Source: Octopus sinensis (taxonomy: Eukaryota). From it: DNA of 64,000 nucleotides. Under the pieces are notes generated by a model. That model worked only from the letters and a program-made list of their open reading frames with translations. It searched no databases and was not told the origin of the DNA. The DNA lies in contig NC_042998.1 in assembly GCF_006345805.1 (NCBI RefSeq), positions 157,728,001 through 157,792,000 of the forward strand, read 5' to 3'. Shown one piece after another: positions 54,283 through 64,000 of this stretch (the first letter of the stretch is position 1; each line of letters starts with the position of its first letter). A program made the translations under genes and the position numbers.

Positions 54283-55343
54283 AATGGAATAATTACTGTG
54301 AAGCATTGTGTCGAGTATGTTGTATAAAGGATCGTGGGTAAGGCCCAAACAATGCGAAGTAAATGCAAGGTAAATCACAAGAAAACAAATATGTGAATTA
54401 ATGTAGACTTACCTTGTATTCAACATTTCGGGGTTATGACCCCGTTTTTAAGAAAATTTTGTTTGTATGCGTATGTGTGTGTATATTTTGTTTATGTCTA
54501 AGTATATATGTATATGTAAATTTGCCTTTGTGCACGCATGAGATTAAGCGAAGGTAATTAAAACTTCTAATTTGCCTCAGAATGAAAATGTACACAGTTA
54601 ACCAAAGCATTTCTTAAAATATAGCGATAAACATGAGCGTTACTATAATATTAATATTATAATATTAATATTAATATTAATATTATAGCGTTGCTATAAT
54701 ATTAATATCAGGATTCTTTAATGCATCATGCATTTCTAAACGAAGTTCTAAATAATGTAAATCATTATACTGACCAGCTTTCATGAATTCATTAGTTTCT
54801 TTAATTAGCTTGTGTATTAGATCTTCATTTTTTTGAAGCTATTGCAACGGCAATATTATGCAGAAGCCCTACAACATTTCTTTCTGAAATATCACTTTTA
54901 ATTTAAATTGATCAGATATTTGCATGTTCCAACTAAAATTCACATTAAATAACTTTAATTTAATTTCAAAGATTTCGATATCCTAGGCTGAAAATTTGTT
55001 GAATAATTTATTTGTGGAGTCTACATTGTAGATTTTAATGTTGCTTTAGAATATTTATTCATTTATGTTTTAGCTTTTAAATTGAAATGATTATGATGAG
55101 GACTTATGTTTTCTCTCATACGAAGATACATTGATGTCGTAGCGATGAACAAGAATGACATTATTTATATATCTTCATAATATTTAATTTTCGTTCAAAC
55201 CTCGAAGGTTAACGTTCCATACTTGCGGGACAAAAAAAATATTCGTAATTTAGTTACCAAAGAATTCCAAATAAAGTCTTAAGGAACTCTAAATTGACTG
55301 ACCTATCTAAATGAACTTCAGAGTGGTAGGAACAACGGATGCC

Positions 55344-55415
<72 letters not shown>

Positions 55416-55444
55416 GCGTATGTGAGCTTGTGTAGCAAAAGATT

Positions 55445-55484
<40 letters not shown>

Positions 55485-55486
55485 TC

Positions 55487-55766
55487 TGCCCATGTGGTTT
55501 AAAAAGCCACACTTTGCAACCACGTGGTTTCAGGTTCAATCCAAGTGAACTGTATCTTGGGTTTTCTACTAGAGTCTCGGGCCGGCCAATGCTTTGTCTG
55601 AATTGGGTAGACAGAAAGTTTACGTCCCCATAAATGAGCATTTCGTCAAAAGAGTCCGATAGAATAAATACTATACTTAAAATATGTAATGGAGGCGATT
55701 TCATTCAACTAAATCCTTCAAAGCGATACCCCAGCATTGTTGCAGTCGAATGACTGAAACAAGTAA
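55487..55766 (+). mobile_element. SINE family B, degenerate
   Basis: CAGGTTCAATCC B-box, TCTTGGG, GGTAGACAGAAA, tail GAATGACTGAAACAAGTA. Confidence 0.7.
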
Positions 55767-56529
55767 TCAGGTAAAGTATAAATGATAAAAGACACAATCC
55801 TAGTTGATTAGCTATAACTTTTTTCACACTCTTCGTCTTTAAAAATTAAGGAAATTTAAGAACGCACTTCTGAAAATTTCTTATAATTTCTTTTCTTTAA
55901 ATATGTAAAAATTTCATATCTTTTAAGGCTTTCGAAATCTCTGTTGATAGACAGGTAGGATCGCACATTTTGGAATTGTCTTTATTCTGTCACTAGAATG
56001 ATTACTTTTATGTTTGTAGAACATAATCTAGTAATCTCATATTTTCTATCCTCATTAATTTTATCTCCTATATTTTTATCAGCAACAAAATTATATGTGT
56101 TTTTTTTCTCTATCACATTATCTTGATCTCTAATTTTGTTATTATCAGTATTAATATATACTCCTCCTCTTTTTCTTCATTTAAAACGTTACCAATATTA
56201 AAGTTGTTATTATCAGCAATAATATCATAGTTATCACTTTATTCTTCTTACAATGAGAGTAATGCATAATATCATCAAGGCTAACATTATTATGAATATC
56301 ATTGCTATTTCTATCAGCTTTAATATCTAAGTTTAATAGAGAAAGTAACTATTAAATTATATCTATGTACCCAATACTACAAGCTTTCTTTTAGTCTAAA
56401 ATAAATAATGAAATGTTAATAATTCCAATGTTAATTTATTTTCAATAAAACCTATATATTATGGTTCATTTTAAAGGATCCAACGTCATTTATCTAGCGC
56501 CAAATCGAGCAATTTTTGTCATAGCCAAT

Positions 56530-57900
56530 GCCATTAACTGGGTGACAACAACATGGCCCACGAAGATATCGATATGAATTGACACTACTCCCACAGTCAC
56601 TAACAGAATGGATATTAACAGGGATATTTCAGGCTGTTATGCTTTTCGTCTGCCAAAGAAAAGATTTGTCTCCCACATCCTTTTTGCTGGTGACCGTATA
56701 CTGAACTCGAAGATTTCGAATGGAGTTTGGACAGAACGAGTTTTCGTATTTGATAGTTAAATGAGTAAGATGTCGACCATGCAAAGAATTTGGATATCAA
56801 TGGCCTCTTTATTTCCCCTATCACCAGTGGTGAATGTTGCAGGTACCTTAAAATGAACACAAATATTGCATACGTTGGTTCTGTGAGTATAGTGCAACAA
56901 AAGAATACTGGAGCAGATTTCGGTTATAATTGCAATGAATAAAATTATATCATCCAATGCTCTCTCGGAGCCAGTGTGAGATATAAAACTGGGCAACTGA
57001 AGAAATCCTTAAACTGAACGCCAGCACTAGGAAGACACAAACAATGACTGGTGAATTCCACACCAATAATGACAGATAGGATTTATGTTAAACAGAGGCA
57101 GGTGAGGTGGTTGCAAAACACGGTATTTCAGTGGTATATCATGCTACTTTGACATCCCCTACTGAAGAGTAAAGAGAGAAATGAGTACATCACATGTATA
57201 CTCAACAATGAAGGTAATAACATGAGATTAGGTAAAGAACTCCTGAACAAGTACTTCGAGCGTACAGCTGTTCTAATGGTGGTTAGATCGACCTATTTAA
57301 ACAAAGGTATGGAAGAGAAATATACATTGTACCAACAGAAATTAATTATTGATTGGTACTTATCCCGCAAGCTATGGAATGCTGACAGCATTCACAAGAA
57401 TAGTAGCCTCTTCTGGACTTAGAACAAGTCTTCCCAACTCACTTAGTAATCTATGCCGTTGCTATCCAAAAACAAGAGACAGCCACTAAATACTATATTA
57501 GCAAAAAAGATAAAAATACTTATAAGCCCCCAGCCTGTGATAGTAACGTTCGATTTTGCTGTACCAGTGTAAAAGAAACAAGCAATATCATCAGTAGCTG
57601 TCCAAGAGTGTCCAAAAGACACTACTATCCACTGAGACATGCATAATAAGGTTTGTCCTGACGGCTGTACCACAGAAACAGAAAGAATCCACACATTCAA
57701 AAGTAACGAACTCTGGCGGAATATTTCAAGAAAGAAAGCAACCTGTTGTAAGAACAACAGGCCAGATACAACTGAATGCAACAGGGAACAGGAGTCATAT
57801 ACTGTTGTTTAGCGGATGTGAATGTCTCGTTAAAATTTAGGAAAACGAACGTCTATGGAAAACTGTTGAGAAACCTTCTATCCTTATGTCCAGGCTATAG
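56530..57900 (+). mobile_element. Old R4-like LINE relic (RT end to RLE)
   Basis: VSHILFAGD, MEFGQ, NWATEEILKLNASTRK, DRIYV, ETSNIISSC, NNRPD in shifting frames. Confidence 0.6.
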
Positions 57901-57989
57901 GTCTTCATTTGTTCCTATTATCCCTGGCGCATATGCTACATGAGAAACAAAAACTTAGAATGCTTGGGTTCTTAGAAAAAATAGAAAAT

Positions 57990-58440
57990 GAGGTACACTG
58001 ATGGGAATTTTTCAGGTACAATTGATTAGAGATAGAGGGAAAATTTGTAAAGCCTTTCAAGGTTTCGCAATTTGAGCTTTTCAGGAAAGATATGCGCACA
58101 ATCAGAAATATATATGAAATACAGAAGCACACACATAAATAGATATCAATCCCAGAACAGTAGTCATGTATCTCCACAAACTTGGATACTATGGTAGAAC
58201 AGCAAGAAGGAAGTCACTTCTTCAACCAGCCAATGTCAATCGAAGAAAAGATTAGGCCAGTGAGAAGGGTGGAGAGGCCACTAGCAGTTTAGAACACTAT
58301 CATATTCTCTGGTGAGTCCAGGTTTGCCGCATTTTCTGACAATGATCGAGTGTGGGTCTGGAGACTCTGATGAAGAATTTTACGTGAAAAGATTGCAGCC
58401 AACAATGTGATGGTTCTTTGACCATGAAGAGGGAACAGAC
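57990..58440 (+). mobile_element. Tc1-like transposase relic (HTH to first catalytic D)
   Basis: RTVVMYLHKLGYYGRTARRKSLL, IIFSGESRF, DRVWVWR, LQPT. Confidence 0.7.
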
Positions 58441-58794
58441 AGACGGACAGACAGACGAGTATAACGCCCATTGTAGTAAGATGACTGTATAGCTATATGC
58501 ATGTATGTGTGTGTGAAAGAGAGAGAGAGGAGAGAGGGGGGAGAGGGGGAGGGAGAGAGAGAGGGAGGGAGAAAAACATTATCAGACCTTCCTCCCACTA
58601 CAGACCATATCGTAACTTGTCCTATTATATAGAGCATCCAAACAAAATTTCCCTAAAATTACACACCAGTATCCTCGGAAATTCCTCACTGCACAGTATA
58701 TTTCTATATTTATGAAAAATATGAGATAATATTTGTACTATACAAACTAGCAGAAAACAGTCTGAAGGGATATGTTTCTGCTGTTTAATATGGT

Positions 58795-58872
<78 letters not shown>

Positions 58873-59839
58873 CAATATCGACATTTCTTCACTTTTACAT
58901 TGCGACTATATTACAATTTTTGAAAACGTGTTACAAGAATATTATATATATAGCAAATGCTTTAAATAATCGTAAATATGGAACGTAATCCTTAACAGAG
59001 AGACGCCAGAAGGAATTATCCATTTGTTTCGTTCATTTTGTTCAGTTTTCCTTTTCTATGCGTTAATTTTTTCCATTTATCATCGACATTACACACTACT
59101 ATTTGTCTTTCATTACAATATTTATTCGTTTAGTCACAGTAGTCATCTTTTCTCACATTCATCTTCGTTCTCCGTTTCGTTACCTGTCCCTTGTCTTTCT
59201 CTATCTTCCTCTGTCCACTTCTCTCACACTTTCTCCCTCTATAGCTTGTTTCCTCTCTTTGTATTTTCCCTTTCCTACACATTTTTCTGTTCCTACATTA
59301 TCTCCCCACCACCACCACCTCTCTCTCTCTCCTATCTCAGAATGCAATTCTTCTTAATTTGCTATTTCCCCTCTAGGTTGTTTTCTTTCTTTTGAAATGG
59401 GCTCATTTCTAGAACACACGGTATCGTCTCTTCGCTATCTCTCTCCCACGGTTGTTCAGGAATTATTGCTCAGACAAAAAACTTCGCTAATCCTTTTCCG
59501 TCAATATATTTTCCCGGGTTTTCTTTTCCTTTTGTCTTGTATCAATCGAAAAAGACTAATGTTTTCTATTCCCCATCCTATTTATAAAGACTTAAATATT
59601 TATATATTTATTCGAATCTTTTATGCCTTATCTCCATCAATACTTATTCCAGCAATACTTATTAGTTGTTGATGCCACTGGAGTTAATAGCTCAGTCCTA
59701 AGACGTCGATATCGCAATGATTCCCAGTGAAACGATGAAGGGAATTTTCTGTTTGTTGAGTTTACTTTGTCTTGCCAGGGAATTAAATTCTTGCACACAC
59801 ACAGGTGCACGCGCACGCGCACACACTTACACACACATA

Positions 59840-59870
<31 letters not shown>

Positions 59871-60169
59871 ATATATATATATGTACATATACACTTATGT
59901 ATATATATATATATATATATAATATATATATATATAATATATATATATATATAGGTATGTATACACACACACTGAGACACATATATATGTATACACATAC
60001 ATATATCGCGAGAAAGAGAAAACAAGACAAAGCGAGATAAAAATCCCATGAAGAACTGCATCATGAACATAAAGTAAAGAGTAAAGAAAGAAACAGATAA
60101 TACTGGGAGCGAGTCAAGCGAAAGCACATGACAGAAAACGATGATACGCTTTATCAAGAAAAGCATAAA

Positions 60170-62258
60170 GCTCAGTTTTGGGGGTTAGTGGAGCAAATGA
60201 TGCTGTGATTACTTTTAGGATGTTGATGTCGTAGTGCTTTGCGATATGTAGTATAGAAATCTGAATGTTTAAATGTGGTTTTATTTCTGTGACTGGAACT
60301 GTAGAGGGTTGAAGCTTGCCGCAGCAACTGTCCCTTTCGCATATGAAAGTAGTCTATCACCATATTTTTTTAACTTTTGTTGTCGTCTAGATTGTGTCCG
60401 GTGGTTTTTGTGTAGAGATTAGAGGGTGAGTTAGAACTAGCGTAAGCTTTGATGGATCTTAATGCGTTGCATGTAAACATTTGTTATTGTTCTTTTTCTT
60501 TTGTAACCTCTACTCTAATGTGTTTTCTTGTATCAGTTGTGAATGTAGATTTGTATGTGACACTCCTGTTGTTGTGCAGTGAGGATTCTTGATGATTTCA
60601 ATAGATTTAGAAAGTTTGTGCAATAGTGTCTAGAATGATTTCTCTATGTTCTCAGAAGGTATAGAAAGGTAATATTTGTATAGGGTAAAAAAAAATTGGA
60701 CCAAAGGTCGAATCATTCTAAAGTTGCAGAAGAGTTTTCCTTTATCATGCATAAACATGGCGATCGAATAGGAAATTTGCTTTCTCTTTGTTTTAGTCCT
60801 CAAGATGTGTCTTTTTGTATGAGTGAATAATGAAAAACAGACATGAAAGTTTTGCTGATGCCGACCCAAATTAGAAATCTACATGTTGGAGGTTGTTTGT
60901 CGCCAAAATCATAGTTTATATTTTCTGCTTTAGGCTTGTTAGTTGTATATTCCTGATGTGTCATGATCTTAATTCTGTATTGTGATTTGACGGATGTGAA
61001 TTAGGTTGTAGTCGTCTCGGACTTTTGAAGGTGTGATTAGGAAGATAATCTATCGTTATAACATTACTTCACATTGGTCATTTAGGCTTCAAAGTGGTTA
61101 CAATCTTGATAATCTTGATACAAGGTGCCGTAAAGTTTGGAGAGCAATGGGTTTACCTCAGGCCTTATATGTTTTAGGTGGGTGTCTTTGAGATTTCTTT
61201 TTCGCAGGGAATCCTTTGAGTCGTTATATCTCTAAATGATCTATTAGTATAACATTACGGTCGTTTAGGCTTCAAAATGGTTACAATTTTCCTTCGAGTT
61301 GTTATGTTGTTGTATCGCTCTATTATCTTCTTTGAATATCTGACAGACGGAATAGGTTAACGTCGTGGTATAGGAGAAGGCGCGAATTTTTTGTCTTGTG
61401 CTGCTCTCTTCATTGCATAACGGCTTTGGTAGCTGATTTTTATGATAATGGAATTTATTTCATGTTGCTATTGTGATACAAGAAATGTGAAAGTTGCTGT
61501 TCTTGATGAGCTAATTACTTTTTACAACGTTTACCTTTAGTTTGTGTTTATGTTAAAAACAAACGCTTGCTGGTTTCCTCTTTATCTATGGTTTACTTCG
61601 TTCTGATTTCTCTGTTTAGATGCTTAACGCTGAATTTTATCTCTGTTGTGTGTTGTTTTGATGAATTGTGTGTGGGTGTATCTCTGATTTTTAAGAGTTC
61701 GGCTATTCAGTGTGTAATTAAGGCTATATTTGTTTATTTTATATTTTGTCTTATGTTGTATAGATCTATTGATAATATTTTTAATGTATTACTGCAGTGG
61801 CCTTTTGTTGTTGCATGCTTGATTTTGTATCTCATTGGAATCCATTTCATTGCGCAATCTTAAAATTTGTAAAAATGTTCTTACTTTATCCAGTAATGCC
61901 ATCTTTATGTCAATGAATAAGAGATTAGCAGGAAGGGAACTGTTTGCTGAGTAGTTATAGTAGGTAGGTGTAAGGAGCAGAATGTGATATCTGGATGAGG
62001 GGAGATATTGTTATAGTTAGCAAGATTAAGTATGTGTTTGTAGTGTTTATAGGTGTGTGTTCAATTGTCGTAGCCGAGTCAAGGAAATAGGTGGGAGAAT
62101 TGGTGAGGTCGGTATGTACGCGCGCGAACACACATACACACACATACATTCAGTAGATCCCGCTTTATAAGTCAACTGATAACAAATCCACCCATATATA
62201 TTCTTTTATTCTTTTATATGTTTCAGCCCTGAGAGGCCGTGGTCACACTGGGACACCA

Positions 62259-62343
<85 letters not shown>

Positions 62344-62900
62344 ATATCATATGCCTACACGCACGCCCACGCCCCTTGTGTGCATGGTATTGCTAGCTTA
62401 AAGTTTCAATACCTGTATTTCTTGTCTACTCTCGTTTCCTATAAGTATAAGAGTATCATTTGTTTTACCTACGTTATTATTCTAATGATTCTGTTAATTT
62501 TGATTTTAGCCTTATTTTCTTTGCTGGGTCTTCTGAGTTCTAGTGGAAAGAGAATTATCTGAATTATTATAACATGAATGCCGCGAAGAAGAATAAAATT
62601 TTTATGTTCCATAAAGCTGCGTTTAATGCCGTTAGTAGTCTTTGTTTACTAAGTATAATTTTATGCATGACACTTTCATTTTTGTGTGCGGACATGTGAC
62701 TCGGAAAGTTAAACAAGAACGGTATTTTTTGTTTCTAAGTTTTACTATCTGTGTTATTGTTATTTTTCGAGTAAAGTTGTGTGGGTATTTTGAGGATTGC
62801 TTTAAAATACTTACTTTTATGGGTTGTTCTTAAGTGTCTTTCTCCAGATTCATAACCCTTGATGCGCACTATTTTGAGAAATTCTTTAATGTTTGGAAAT
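60170..62900 (-). mobile_element. Heavily decayed Penelope-like RT element
   Basis: Minus-strand traces KPPTCRFLI, FD....LYTNIT, HQHPKS..IICS and an N-terminal YRSCL..RVTCP; many stops; boundaries approximate. Confidence 0.4.
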
Positions 62901-63436
62901 CATGCCATCCGACCGCTTTCTAATCAGTGCTATTCTGGCATAATATATTTACTATTAATTTATTATTTAAATACCTTTGTAGATAACACGGTCATATTTT
63001 GTGAAAATTTGGTTGAAATTTCTTGATGGGTGAGTGATCAACTAAAAGACTTTCTGGATACCTCGTATGGGTTGATTAGTTAGTGCCATTTTATTGAAAG
63101 TAAGGCCAGTAAGAGTAGTTCTTTGTTAACATTGAAAAGCAACTCTATTCTAAAATCTTATATTCAGAACAGTCTGAACAAAAAGTGCTTGTGATACAAT
63201 AACTCCATTTCTAGATGTAATAAAAATATTTCTATTGTGAAACAATATTGCCATTTCATCGAAATATAAATTAGAGACATAATATTTTCGTTTACACTAT
63301 AGAAACTAATGAAGTTAAGGCGTGTGTATGTGTGTGCCTGTTTGTATGTTTGTGTGTGTGTGTATCACTTGGGAATTGCGAAAGCAGCAAACATCTATAC
63401 AGATATAGAATGTTTGTGATGAAAACTCTTAGGAAT

Positions 63437-63476
<40 letters not shown>

Positions 63477-64000
63477 GAGCTACTCGAAGCAGTCTAGAGT
63501 ATAAAGGAAAACAAACTGACAACTTGTATACAATACACTGAAAGAGGGTAAGTACATTATAGACAAAAGTCGTTAATAATAACAAACCACATAAGGTTCA
63601 TTATATGAAGTAAATTTACGCTAGCTACAAAACAGGTGAACACGTTATAAAAATTTCATCAAATATAACATAAAATGCATTGCGCACAATCATGCGCTAA
63701 CGCTACTATTTCACTAGAAAACCATTAAAGCTAAACGCTATATCTATAAGAAATCCAGCCCCGTGGGAGTACGTGGGGTGAAAGTGCGGCAAAGTTTCAA
63801 TGTGACTTATGTTGTAAATAATGAGTCTCTAACAGTGTGATTGTTCATATAAGTACAATTCTTACTTTCCAGCTCACTATACATTTGCAATAAGGAACAA
63901 TTGCAACGAATTACAGCATACACAACAAAACAAAACTGTACAGGAAATACATAGTTAAGAACAGGTCTATTTTATTCAGAGAGAAAATTAATAGCTTAAC

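Noticed and set aside
54421-54452. Minus-strand GGGG-tcataa-CCCC-GAAA hairpin resembling a PLE hammerhead helix II
   Set aside because: No CUGANGA core and no valid helix III

Overview
AT-rich, microsatellite-dense eukaryotic DNA made almost entirely of intergenic or intronic repeats. The recurring SINE families and repeat landscape suggest an octopus or other coleoid cephalopod; this is an inference from recognition, not a database result. No host protein-coding gene can be supported with confidence, and most ORFs in the supplied track are microsatellite or antisense artefacts. Recognisable elements: (1) a nearly complete Penelope-like retroelement (PLE) at 37.9-41.6 kb, with RT, a C-terminal GIY-YIG endonuclease, two long in-frame Asn-rich linker expansions, and an inverted pseudo-LTR carrying a canonical hammerhead ribozyme; (2) a near full-length R4/Dong-type restriction-endonuclease LINE at 47.3-51.1 kb and a 5'-truncated relative at 28.0-29.0 kb, both inside (TAA)n tracts; (3) two full-length decayed mariners, further mariner/Tc1 fragments, and a non-autonomous Helitron; (4) Tx1, CR1-like, RTE and older PLE/R4 relics; (5) many copies of two tRNA-derived SINE families. 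Beyond the element catalogue, the main signals are a set of dispersed minimal hammerhead ribozymes (2 with fully canonical cores, 3 near-intact, several decayed; helix II ranges from short to very long) and several perfect or near-perfect fold-back structures next to (TA)n tracts. These extend known biology (PLE-associated hammerheads) rather than proving a wholly new system. All coordinates were counted by hand; edges of degenerate relics are approximate.
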